From the NCBI GenBank assembly GCA_051294375.1, contig CM119266.1, positions 16,858,087 through 16,922,086 of the forward strand: a stretch of DNA of 64,000 nucleotides. Reading direction: 5' to 3'. Each line of letters starts with the position of its first letter. Position 1 is the first letter of the stretch. Shown piece by piece: positions 53,734 to 64,000 of the stretch. The stretch is from Paraspadella gotoi (taxonomy: Eukaryota > Animalia > Chaetognatha). The notes under the pieces are model-generated. The model did no database searches and was not told the origin of the DNA. It saw only the letters and a list, made by a program, of their open reading frames with translations. The translations under genes and the position numbers were made by a program.

Positions 53734-56700
53734 TTCTTTCTCTCTTTCTCTCTTTCGTTCTCTTTCTCTTTTTCTGTTTATCTGTTTCTATTTTTTTCTC
53801 TTTCTCTCTATCTTTCTCTCTCGCTTTCTCTCTCTCTTTCTTTCTCTGTTTCTCTCTTTCTTTCTCTCTTTCGTTCTCTAACTTCTCTTTCTCTCTTTTT
53901 CTGTTTCTCTGTTTCTATTTTTTTTCTCTTTCTCTCTTTCTCTCTCTCTTTCTCTCTTTCTCTTTCTTTCTTTCCCTCTCTCTCTCTTTCTCTCTTTCTC
54001 TCTCGCTTCTCGACGTCTTTTCGGCCACGCTCATCGTGCTGCCTTTTTTCTCTTCTTCTCCCAGGTCTCCCTTCGGACGACGACGACACGGAAGACGAAG
54101 AAGAGGCTGAGGGGGAAAGGACGTTCATGTCGAAAAAGTACGGACAGACGTACAAGATCGTACGAGAGCTGCTCACCACCGAGCAGACCTACGTCGAGAG
54201 GCTGGGAATGATCATGGTGAGAATGAGAATCTGCGCCTGAGATAAAGAGATTCGTGATTAGATTAGTTCGGATAGTTCAAAGAGATGAAATATTTATTTA
54301 TTTATAGATGTATGTAATTGACTGTATGCCAGTGTATAGGAATTATAGAGTCTTTTTTGTTCAACTCAATAAATTAGAATAAAAAAGGAAAGAAAAAATT
54401 ATTACAAACTATTTCCTGCATTCGGGAATGTCTGAATATGTTGGGAGGCTCATTGAGCAATGATAGTTTTGTTCGTGTTGTATTCCTTAAGTTTTCAATT
54501 TGATCAACTAAAGCTTATAAAACAAAAAAGACTGTATATCGTACATAAAGATGAAGCACCTTAATTTTATCCATTGAATGAAAACGTTAAGCACGTGATT
54601 TGATTTAAGAGCCTATCTAAGGCCACCGAGGGAAGCGGATTGAATGAAACATTTTTATCACTCAGCCTCAGATTGGAAGGGAATTCAAAGCGACCATAAC
54701 GAACTGTATTTCCGTATGATTGAATTGATATCGCTCATTTTTTTTAGTTTCAACGGCTCTCTTTTCCAAAAGAGCCCCATTTCGGTTCCTCAAGGCCTAT
54801 TCTTTATTTTTACTTTAATATCTCACCCAAACTCAAAACAATATTCTTAACCATAATTTCTATCCCTAATCCCTAAACCTAACCCAAACTGCTAATCCCT
54901 AATCCTTAACCATAACCGCTAACCCTAAAATTAAATACGTAACCCTAAACCCTAACCTTAATTACTAACTTAATCTCTAACCCTAATCCTCATACCTATA
55001 GGTATAACCTTTAAACTAACTTTACAATTAACTTATTTTTAAATTTAATATAACTGGGCCGATTGGGCCTTCTGAAAAAAAAATAAGGCCGTAAATATAA
55101 ACTGTATGTTCATTTTATGGGAATGCAATTTTTTTTTATACCCCAACTCTCAGAAATTCAAACAAGGGCTGGAGGCAGCGAAGTCGAAGCGGCCCGGCTT
55201 CATCGACGACGCAACCATGAACGTGCTTTTCTCCAATTCCGACTCAATATACGAGTTTCACAGCAAATACTTTTTGCCCCCGATCCAAGAAAGGGTCAAA
55301 AATTGGTAGGGATATGTGGAAGAATTGAAGCAGTAAAAAGAGAGAGAAAATGACCGATTGATTGGCATGTACCGTAAATTTCGAATCCGTTTTTGTTTGC
55401 ACCGTAATGTTTTAGGAACGGTATAGATTTCGCCGTTTCTCACTCTCTTTTGTTTTCTCTCGCAAGCTTATCAAGTATTTTTGAATTTCTGTAAAAACTA
55501 AAATATGAACAAAATTATTTATAAAATCGTTGTCGCCAATTGTGTAAAAAATGTGTAATTTTTTTTTCAAAAGCAGAGATATTTTTAATGGTAAGTCATC
55601 AATCTTTTAAAATATTCTCTAGGGAGAAGAAGCAGGCGGTGGGCGACATTCTCAAGCCTCTCGTCAACTTCCTCAAACTTTACACCGTCTACATCAAAGA
55701 CTTTAACGACTCAAACCAAATCCTCATGGAGTGGACCAAGAAGTCTGAGTTGTTCCGCGACATCGTCAAAGACATTGAGAAAGCGTGCTGCAGCGGAATG
55801 CTCACGATGTCGCACCACATGCTGGGACCTGTACAGAGAATTCCCAGATATGAACTTCTGCTCAAAGGTTTATTGAAGAAGGGATTCAAAGTCTGATAAA
55901 AAAAAAAAAATTAAAAAAAGAAAGTAAAATCAAAACCTTTTTTCTCCGTCATTTCATCGCCCACCCAAAAACCCCCCCATTAAGATTACCTCAAACACCT
56001 CCCCCGCGACCATCCCGACTACCCCGAGTCCTCGGAAACCCTGGAGAAAGTCTGCGAAGCCGCCAAACACAACAACGACGAGATGAAAAAGATCGAGGAT
56101 TTCCGCAAAGTGTTGGAGATACAGGAATCGTTGGTCGACCTCCGCGAACCTCTCGTCTCGCCATCCAGGCAATTCCTTCACACGGGTCGCGTTGACAAGC
56201 TCAGCCGTCGTGGAGAACCACAGGAGAGATTCCTATTTTTGGTAGGTAGAAAGAAAGATTGCTTGCAAGCAAGCATTCAAAGTTGCTCGATGGAAAAAGC
56301 ATTCTTTTTTTTTTTTAATTATGAAATATGGTGGACTAAAATCCACTAACCGTTCATCAGCGGCCATTGGTGCAGGAGGCAAGTTATTCGCCTCCCAACC
56401 CTAAGGTCCGGCGTTTTAATCCGGTGGTCGCCTGGCAGTTAAGAGCGACGGGGCGCTTAACCCGCCTGTAACACGGTGTTACAGCCTGATTCGAAGCTCA
56501 GGGACTGCTGAACGGTTCTGTCATTAACACAACAATAATTACTGTCCTTTCAAACTATGAAAAGCAAAGAAAAAAAATTTAAAAACCTGTCAGGAGATGG
56601 TGCCTGGATGCTTTTGCTGAAAAAAAAATTTATGTGAAGCGAAAAGCCGCTTAAATGTTATATAGTATAGTTATAGTAGTTTATTATTGAATTTTATTTT

Positions 56701-59700
56701 ATATTATTAATCATTGTGGTGTAATCCTTTCGTTTCGTTGTGTAATGATTAGAAGAGTTTGAAAACTAATTTCAAACTCTTCTAATATTATTAATCATGC
56801 AAGAACAAAACCAGACCAGTCCAGTTGAGTTCAGATCCCCCACTGATTCGCTCCTCTTTCTTCCCAGTTTACCGATATCCTCCTCATCTGCGCCAAGAAC
56901 CTCGCCCGCGGATTCGCCGTCCGCGACCAACTCGACGTCTCGGGGATGGAGGTGTCCCAGCGGCTCGTCAAGGCGCGCGACGACAGCGAGGCCGTTCGTC
57001 GCCGCACCGAGCGCGGCGCCGAGGACGACGACGACGAGGACGAGGACGACGAGGACGAACTTCGGGCGGCGGGAGGTGGCGACGCTTTCGTTCTAGAGAT
57101 CAAAGCCAAACAAAAGGCGTTGATGCTTCTTTGCGAAACGGGAGAGGATTTGGAAAAGTGGATGGAGGTGAGACGTGATTTTTTGTTGTTTTTTTTTCAA
57201 ATTTCATATGTACCATTGGTTTTTTATCCATTGTTTAACTATAAATATAATGAAATAACAGGTTCTTCGGTCCGCGACTGAAGCGGAAAAGAAGAAAAAG
57301 GAAACGCGGCAACAGAAACTCGCCAACGTGGTAAGTGCCGAATTTTACCGAAGTTGCAGCAATGATGAACAATTAGGCAAACGTAAATTCTCAATTTTTT
57401 TTAAATTTATTTTTGATTATTATCAGGCGGAGCCTGCGGAGGCGGGTGACGTCGGCCAACGCGCTCCCAAGTGGGTCAAAGACTCCGAAGTCTCCCTCTG
57501 CATGAACACCGACTGCCTCGTCGAGTTTTCAGCCTTTAGACGGCGACATCACTGCCGAGCTTGCGGGAAGGTAGGGTCGAATCCGGGTTTTTTCTCCAGA
57601 AAGTCTGTTGGAATAACGGAGAAAGTAAAAAGCACCCAAACAATTTTGTAGGTCTATTGTCGATACTGCGTTCCCTTCAAAGCACAGCTCGCGTTTGCTG
57701 GTGATAAAGAACAGCAAATATGCAAATTGTGTTATACAATACTCTCTACGCGCTACGGCCACAATTCCAGTAAGAGAACTCAATATTAGGCATAATTTCA
57801 ATTGATTCAATTCTAAATATATATGTTGTTAACTCTACCGTGCAAAATTTGGTGCAAAATTCTCTAAATTTACGGATTAAGAATTTAAGTTGTTTTTTTT
57901 TTCATTTATATTTTGAATATACTTTGAATATACCGCCACAATATCTTAATTTAAACTCATTGCATTGAACATTTGTTTCCAGCGGAAGAAAACGGAAACC
58001 ATTACGAAAGCTCTTCGCAACCTAACGGATTTAATCCTAATCAACAAAATGTCAACGGTTGCTCAAGTCCTCACACTCCTCGAAAAAACAGAGGAAAAAT
58101 AATCGACGCTAAATTAACGGTAATAACATATTTCCTTTAATTTAACGCAAGCAAGCGCGGTTCGGAAACAATTTTTTCCTGAGGTTTATTCTCTTTGTCA
58201 CGTNNNNNNNNNNGAAAAAACAGAGGAAAAATCATCGACGCTAAATTAACGGTAATAACATATTTCCTTCAATTTAACGCAAGCAAGCGCGGTTCGGAAA
58301 TCAATTTTTCCTCGGGTTAATTCTCTTTGTCACGTTGTTCAGGTGACGGCCGGAGAGCACAAAGAGAGAGACATTACCGATATCCTCCTCATCTGCGCCA
58401 AGAACCTCGCCCGCGCGATTCGCCGTCCGCGACCAACTCGACGTCTCGGGGATGGAGGTGTCCAGCGGCTCGTCAAGGCGCGCGACGACAGCGAGGCCGT
58501 TCGTCGCCGCACCGAGCGCGGCGCCGAGGACGACGACGACGAGGACGAGACGACGAGGACGAACTTCGGGCGGCGGGAGGTGGCGACGCTTTCGTTCTAG
58601 AGATCAAGCCAAACAAAAGGCGTTGATGCTTCTTTGCGAAACGGGAGAGGTTTGGAAAAGTGGATGGAGTGTGAGACGTGATAGTTTTTTGTTTTTTTCA
58701 AATTTCATATGTACCATTGGTTTTTATCCATTGTTAATCTATAAATATAATGAAATAACAGGTTCTTCGGTCCGCGACTGAAGCGGAAAAAGAAGAAAAA
58801 GGAAACGCGGCAACAGAAACTCGCCAACGTGGTAAGTGCCGGATTTTACGCGAAGTTGCAGCATGATGAACAATTAGGCAAACATAAATTTTCAATTTTT
58901 TTTAAATTTATTTTTGATTATTATCAGGCGGAGCCTGCGGAGGCGGGTGACGTCGGCCAACGCGCTCCAAAGTGGGTCAAAGACTCCGAAGTCTCCCCTT
59001 GCATGAACACCGACTGCCTCGTCGAGTTTCAGCCTTTAGACGGCGACATCACTGCCGAGCGTTGCGGGAAGGTAGGGTCGAATCAGGTTTTTCTCCAGAA
59101 AGTCTGTTGGAAATAACGGAGAAAGTAAAAAAAGCACCCAAACAATTTGTAGGTCTATTGTCGATACTGCGTTCCCTTCAAAGCACAGCTCGCGTTTGCT
59201 GGTGATAAAGAACAGCCAAATATGCAAATTGTGTTATACAATACTCTCTACGCGCTACGGCCACAATTCCAGTAGAGAACTCAATATTAGGCATAATTCC
59301 AATTGAATCAATTCTAAATATATATGTTGTTAACTCTACCGTGCAAAAATTCTCTAAATTTACGGATTAAGAATTTAAGTTCTTTTTTTTTTTCATTTAT
59401 ATTTTGAATATACTTTGAATATACCGCCACAATATCTTAATTTAAATCCATTGCATTGAACATTTGTTTCCAGCGGAAGAAAACGGAAACCATTACGAAA
59501 GCTCTTCGCAACCTAACGGATTTAATCCTCAACCAAAATGTCAACGTTGCTCAAGTCCCACACTCCTCGAAAAAACAGAGGAAAAATATCGACGCTAAAT
59601 TAACGGTAATAACATATTTCCTTAATTTAACGCAAGCAAGCGCGGTTCGGAAACAAATTTTTCCTCGAGGTTTAATTCTCTTTGTCACGTTGTTCAGGTG

Positions 59701-60253
59701 ACGGCCGGAGAGCACAGCTTTGTTCGCGGCTTTCTTGTCGTTGAGCAAAGACAACCGAGTNNNNNNNNNNNNNNNNNNNNNNNNNACAACCGAGTTTGGG
59801 ACAAACGATACGTCGCCGTTCACGAGGACTTCGTGCTTTACGTGTACGGTCGTCCTAAAGATGTCGCCGCTCTCCACGCCATTCCCCTTCCAGGTTACTT
59901 TTTACACTACGGAAATTCGAATGTGATGTTTAATTCTTTCATTGTAAATCCTATGGTTATTACAGGTTACCAAGTATCGGCTGTTTTAGACAAGGCGCTC
60001 ATGCCTTCAAAGAACGAGTTCAAACTTGAGCACCCCAAAGGATCAGGAAACTGCGCCACTTATTATTGTCGGTAATTTTTCACCTTCGTAGTTCGTGATG
60101 CTCCTAACAATGAATTTTCCTCAACGACGTTATTTCCACGATTTTATCACGCCTTCTTCTAGGCCGGACGCAGAACACAAATTACAAAAATGGATCAACG
60201 TTTTAACGAAAGTCTGCAAAGCCGAGCTTCCAAAAGAAAAACAAACTTTATAG
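46473..60253 (+). CDS. FGD1/2/3/4-like: FGD-family Cdc42 guanine-nucleotide exchange factor (DH-PH-FYVE-PH; FGD1-4/frabin-like), multi-exon
   Basis: GT-AG exons joined by hand in one frame: 46473-46767, 50266-50358, 50968-51051, 52429-52617, (53245-53307), 54065-54216, 55154-55305, 55623-55867, 55985-56241, 56868-57167, 57262-57330, 57427-57570, 57652-57769, 57983-58119, 59698-59893 (1-nt error and N-gap), 59966-60071, 60163-60253 (TAG). DH motifs [13 protein letters not shown] and [16 protein letters not shown]; [17 protein letters not shown]; second PH WDKRY..LYVY..IPLPGY..KWINVL. The four 5' exons are less certain than the core. Confidence 0.9.
50266..50358 (+). CDS. FGD-like N-terminal exon (phase 1-1)
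   Basis: Long CT tract + CAG acceptor, GTGAGT donor, 93 nt, reads [31 protein letters not shown]. Confidence 0.65.
50968..51051 (+). CDS. FGD-like N-terminal exon (phase 1-1)
   Basis: Pyrimidine tract + CAG, GTGAGA donor, 84 nt, reads [28 protein letters not shown]. Confidence 0.65.
51133..51343 (-). ncRNA. Candidate HDV-like (nested double pseudoknot) ribozyme at the 5' end of a GC-rich insertion, antisense in an FGD intron
   Basis: Minus strand order: P1 GGCCAG, about 120-nt J1/2, P2 GACGGGGCGG, P3 CUA, L3 ACCCUGCAA, P3' UAG, P1' UUGGCC, GU, P4 stems, AGCGAA, P2' CCGCUCGUC. Deviations: 6-bp P1 and A instead of U at the first L3 position. Confidence 0.45.
52429..52617 (+). CDS. FGD-like N-terminal exon containing NRDSG (phase 1-1)
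   Basis: TTTCAG acceptor, GTAAGA donor, 189 nt. NRDSG resembles the NRDSGIDS segment of vertebrate FGD1/FGD3. Confidence 0.75.
53245..53307 (+). CDS. Candidate 63-nt cassette exon of the FGD-like gene
   Basis: Pyrimidine tract + TAAG acceptor (same type as used at 55984), AG|GTAATT donor, open in phase 1-1: [21 protein letters not shown]. Confidence 0.55.
54065..54216 (+). CDS. FGD-like exon, start of DH (RhoGEF) domain
   Basis: CCAG acceptor, GTGAGA donor; [21 protein letters not shown]. Confidence 0.9.
54845..55020 (+). repeat. Degenerate (CCCTAA)n-like interstitial array in an FGD intron
   Basis: Repeated CCCTAA/CCTAAC/CCTAAT variants, flanked by weak inverted similarity (AAGGCCTATTC at about 54792, GATTGGGCCTT at about 55061). 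Confidence 0.6.
55154..55305 (+). CDS. FGD-like exon, DH domain
   Basis: CAG/GTAGGG; [27 protein letters not shown]. Confidence 0.9.
55623..55867 (+). CDS. FGD-like exon, DH domain
   Basis: TAG/GTTTAT; [22 protein letters not shown]...[18 protein letters not shown]. Confidence 0.92.
55985..56241 (+). CDS. FGD-like exon, end of DH and start of first PH domain
   Basis: TAAG/GTAGGT; [12 protein letters not shown]...[30 protein letters not shown]. Confidence 0.9.
56328..56535 (+). mobile_element. Dispersed ~200-bp structured repeat with tRNA-Gly(CCC)-like core, copy 2
   Basis: 56360-56432 is tRNA-sized, with acceptor stem GCGGCCA/TGGTCGC, A-box-like TGGTGCAGGAGG, CTCCCAA loop and a degenerate T-arm; enclosed by AACCGTTCA (56348-56356) and TGAACGGTT (56509-56517). 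Confidence 0.75.
56715..56786 (-). mobile_element. Very short PLE-like tail + hairpin insertion with 14-bp TSD, in an FGD intron
   Basis: ATATTATTAATCAT at 56701-56714 and 56785-56798; perfect 17-bp arms 56748-56764 and 56770-56786; 19-nt tail identical to 42989-43007. Confidence 0.7.
56868..57167 (+). CDS. FGD-like exon, first PH domain with acidic loop insertion
   Basis: CCAG/GTGAGA, 300 nt; FTDILLIC...[27 protein letters not shown]. Confidence 0.88.
57262..57330 (+). CDS. FGD-like exon, PH C-terminal helix/linker
   Basis: CAG/GTAAGT, 69 nt; [23 protein letters not shown]. Confidence 0.82.
57427..57570 (+). CDS. FGD-like exon, FYVE domain first half
   Basis: CAG/GTAGGG; [39 protein letters not shown]. 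Confidence 0.92.
57652..57769 (+). CDS. FGD-like exon, FYVE domain second half
   Basis: TAG/GTAAGA; VYCRYC...QQICKLCY supplies the remaining Zn ligands. Confidence 0.88.
57983..58119 (+). CDS. FGD-like exon, FYVE-PH2 linker
   Basis: CCAG/GTAATA; phase 1 to 0, open frame [10 protein letters not shown]...KIIDAKLT. Confidence 0.78.
58374..59697 (+). repeat. Indel-riddled tandem second copy of FGD PH1-FYVE-linker exons and introns (duplicate of about 56869-58203); probable assembly artefact
   Basis: Near-identical to 56869-58203 including introns, differing mostly by 1-2 nt indels that break every frame; sits between N-gaps at 58204-58213 and 59761-59785. Confidence 0.85.
59698..59893 (+). CDS. 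FGD-like exon, second PH domain (interrupted by N-gap and a 1-nt error)
   Basis: CAG/GTTACT. ACAACCGAGT occurs on both sides of the gap (59751-59760, 59786-59795). Closing that overlap and removing one T restores [53 protein letters not shown]. Confidence 0.82.
59966..60071 (+). CDS. FGD-like exon, second PH domain
   Basis: CAG/GTAATT; [35 protein letters not shown]. Confidence 0.85.
60163..60253 (+). CDS. FGD-like terminal exon
   Basis: CTAG acceptor; [30 protein letters not shown], stop TAG at 60251-60253; ATTAAA about 60 nt downstream. Confidence 0.85.
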
Positions 60254-61218
60254 CGTAGGGATTTCTTTTTTGTTATTTACACCAAAGTCTGATTATATTG
60301 CTGTTTTAATAATTAAAAAAAAACCGTGACCGTTTGAAAGAAGATTTAATCTCAATGATAATCTTTTCTTAAGTGGAAATTTCCCATTGCTACCCTATTC
60401 TCGATTCTCGGGCCATTTTTGAAACTCTTACGAACCAATAGGCCATTTCCCCCTTTCTTTCATCCCCCGTTTATACTATTCCGTTTTAATCAGTCTTTCT
60501 TCTAATTATCATAACTAATTTTATTTTTGAAATTACAAAACAATACACGAGTTGGTTCATGTTGGAAACTGTTCAGTGTTCATTCGGAGGATATCCTTGG
60601 CTATATTACCCTTTTGTTTTTTTCTTATTGCATCGGGAGAAATAGTCAGCTCCGATTCGTAAAAGCATTGCCGAGAGACGCCGGATGGTCTACCGGTTAC
60701 TGACTTGTCTTTGTTCTTGACTTGTTAGGACTCCCGTTTAACCATTTTTCACCTCTTTTCGCGATTCTAATACGGGGCATTAGGGTGAGTTCATCTAGTT
60801 CATATTCCCCCCCCCCCAAAGTTTTTGTCGTTTCGATCATGCTGTGAAGTCGCGACAGAGAATCGAAAATTGATTTCTTCTCTATCATGGATCTCACACG
60901 TCGCGAAATCATTATTACCTGTGCGTTCAGATTCGTATTGTCGCAATTTGTTGTTTTCGTTCCGCTATTTTAATTTTTTTTATTTAAGTTTTGTCTGTAA
61001 CATTCCTTGTCTTTGAGTTTAATATTGAAATTTTTACTTTCGCGTTTCGTATTGATCATAAAATTGTGTGTAATATAATTATTAACAAAACGTGTTTTGA
61101 TCGTTCTAGAAATTTGATGAGAAGAGCAATCGAATTTTTTAGATAGCTTTAAAAACTTAACTTAACTTAACTTAACTTAACTTCAACAAAAACAGTTGAT
61201 TTAGGCTTCTTACATATG

Positions 61219-61296
61219 GCCTGTCCAGAGTTAGGGGCAAGATAGATTATTTATTTAATGAACGGATAATTTTTATATTGGTTGTACAAATTTCAT
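61219..61296 (+). repeat. Short copy of the 39361-39550 repeat
   Basis: GCCTGTCCAGAGTTAGGGGCAAGATAG...TTGGTTGTACAAATTTCAT. Confidence 0.7.
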
Positions 61297-62800
61297 ATAT
61301 AAACTATATATTTTCGAATTACACACATCTCATACCAAAGAAAATGCTAAACTGATTTGATATTGAATTGTAAGAAATCAATCAGCAATTAGAAGTAAAT
61401 AAAACTAGTTAATGAAATTATAGTAAATTTTAATTCAGTAATGATTAGTTTCGCCAGTAAACAAAATACGCTGTGCTTTGCCATTGAAAACTTGTACCTG
61501 AGAGAATGGCAAATTCATCTCCCGACCAATGGGAGATGGAGGCAAATTGCTAAAGTTGAAGGAGAAAAAAATAAGGTAAAAGAAAACCAAAGAATAAAAG
61601 AATTGTGAATTTTTATGGTTTATGTAGGAGCGATTTACCCCGTTTAGATTCTAGAAAATACTTGGGATTTCGTGCAGTTCGAAGGCAAATCTGAAATTGA
61701 GGTCCATCTTCCAAACTCTATTTTTCTAAAAATATCACGTCGTCCAGAAACGCGGTAATCTGCGTTTTGCGTGTGATAACTTTTCGGAGAATTTATATTT
61801 TTATCCAACTGTTATCCGGTATCGATCGATAGGGTACAAATAAAAAATAAATAAAATCAGTATAGTGGGACGGGCCGTTTATTAAATTAAATTTATTATT
61901 ATTAAATTCTGTTTATTCATGTATTTGTAAATTCGTGAATAGAATTTCATAGAATAGAATAGAATAGAATATTATAGAATAGAATAGAATAAAAATCCTG
62001 TTAAATTGAACAATGTTCAATGAACATATTGGCAGCGCTGGAATTGGTATGGCGCGTTTCCAGCTGCTAGTTATAAAACGTCTTTCCGCTTTTTTTTTTA
62101 TCCGATGGGAACTTTCGCTTTCCAGTAAAAATAAGATTTACGCTGGATATTACCCGTCCACAGGGGCGGGCAGGAGGACAGAAAAGGCTTCGAGTGGGTA
62201 AAGAGGGGGCTCAGCAAGATATCGGGCAAACGGTCATGTTCACTTAAGATTTTCCCAAAATTCGGACCACTTGTTTTCGTTAAAAAGAAATTTGAAAGAC
62301 GTGCGTAACTATGAATCATTCCTCGAACTCTCGGCCTGCTGACCGCAGTTTTTAAGTAATCATGAAATTATTACATGGACTAAGCCGCATGGACTCTCAG
62401 ATGACGTTTTTATATATTATATTATATATTATATATTAAGTGTGAAATATGCATGACAAGCGTTTAATGATACATCACGTTTCTGCTAAAAATTGACTTA
62501 AATGATTCAGCATTACATAAACTATGCCGTATTTACCTTTTGGTCATGTTCTCATATTTCAAGTGAGCTTAGAGACTGCATAAGTTTGAACATTTTTCAT
62601 TTCATGGTATGTCACCTTAGGTTTTATTTAAGTTATGCAGTATTAACTAAATTATAAGTTGTTGAAGAGACATCACATACAATGAAACAATTTTTAGTAG
62701 GATTTTGTCGTATTTTTATTTGCATTAACATTGATGATTAATGACTAGGGAGTAAATTCAGTCAATTTAGTCATTCACATTCGATTTAATATCACACGAA

Positions 62801-62910
62801 ATGAAAGTGGTACAACCAATATAAAAATTATCCATTCATTTAATAAATAAGCTATCTTGCCACTGACTTTGGGCAGGCATTGGTGGTTTAAGACCTCCAT
62901 CACTCTTACA
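62801..62910 (-). repeat. Inverted copy of the 39361-39550 repeat
   Basis: ATGAAAGTGGTACAACCAATAT...GGTTTAAGACCTCCATCACTCTTACA is the reverse complement of about 39440-39549. Confidence 0.75.
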
Positions 62911-64000
62911 TATATCAGATATGACTCAACAAACCGAGGCTTACTTTCAATCGATGGAACGGATTTGAGAATCGCTGAAACAAAAGGAAAGCGTACAATA
63001 AATCGGAATTATAAGTGAACTGGACCGCATTTCATTTAAATCAGGCTTTCTTGTTATAGAAAAGGAAATTTCAAAATATAGTAAATATGGTGATAATTTA
63101 AAACCCGCCGCTAAAAAAAATCTACTGAAAAGTGACCGAGCTGCTCCGCGAGTACTAGCACTGGTACCTCAAAAAACCTTGGCTGACAAGAAAAAGGATT
63201 GATTGAATTAGATTCGGACTTTCAAATGCAGAAGGATTAGTCAAGCAATATCTTTGTATCCCGTTGCGATTGGCTAACAAAAAGGATTAAGTGAAAAGAC
63301 GAATGGAAAATGGGTAGTTTAAAAGGTAATGTAACTTGGCCGGGAACAGACTCCTGTTTAGGGCGATTTATCATTCCGAAATATCTCCAATTCTTCTTTC
63401 ATTTTGACTAGTATGGGGAATGGCACTGCGCCACGTATAAACAAATGCTGTCGATGGGAGCAAATTGAATCGGACGCTTTTTTTTCCCCCAAAACGTCGT
63501 CGTCGTCGATGACGCCACGGTCGTCGTCGTCGTCGTCGTCGCGAAGCCAATTCACTTCCACCGAATTCTTTCGACGTTAGCCGAGGATGAATCAACTGAA
63601 AACCGATCGAAAAACCATTTAATAAATATTTAAACGAACCGTGATCGCAAAAAAACAAAAAAAAACAAAACTAACAAACAAAAAAACTGGTTTTATTAAA
63701 TAGTTTTTCTTCGCCTGAGCAGCGTTCTCATGAGCACTATCGTGCTAAAACGGTCGGAGATGTATCGAATTCAAATACAATTTTAGACGGAGAGCAAACA
63801 GAGATATACGGAGTTTGTTTGTCGAGGGGTCAAGTTATTATTTACTTTCATGATGCGGCAGTTTTTTGACAACGAGCTTAAAGATTTTCGGTTGCCCGTC
63901 TCTGCTAGGGATAGAAATTAATCCTTCTTAGTGAGCCTCATTCAATTCAGCAAATTTTTTTTTCGTTAGTAGGACGAGATAGCACAAATTGATGTTTTTT

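Noticed and set aside
56360-56432. Functional tRNA-Gly(CCC) gene
   Set aside because: The anticodon stem does not pair, the T-loop is degenerate, and it is embedded in a dispersed repeat; treated as tRNA-derived.
61219-62910. Inverted pair as terminal inverted repeats of a 1.7-kb DNA transposon
   Set aside because: The shared fixed end faces inward and the same repeat occurs singly at 39361-39550, so these look like two independent insertions.

Overview
AT-rich eukaryotic (most likely invertebrate animal) genomic DNA, rich in (GA)n/(CT)n and (GTC)n microsatellites. It has six N-gaps and several stretches that look like uncorrected long-read gap fill. Two protein-coding genes are well supported. 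One is an intronless 516-aa membrane-anchored HHxxxDG acyltransferase of the alcohol acetyltransferase/condensation superfamily (12892-14442, +). The other is a multi-exon FGD-family Cdc42 GEF (DH-PH-FYVE-PH, 46473-60253, +), whose PH-FYVE exons are repeated in an indel-riddled copy that is probably an assembly artefact. The non-coding DNA holds the most interesting signals: a family of small TSD-flanked 'tail + hairpin' Penelope-like insertions, one with a near-intact minimal hammerhead ribozyme (43061-43105, -); an HDV-like ribozyme candidate (51133-51343, -); DINE-1/HINE-like elements carrying satellite arrays; and a repeat that wraps a tRNA-Gly-like module in a HINE-like shell. In the FGD gene, a 63-nt cassette exon would toggle between a DSGLPS beta-TrCP-type degron and a frabin-like helix. 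Most of the other short ORFs in the track are microsatellite or low-complexity noise.
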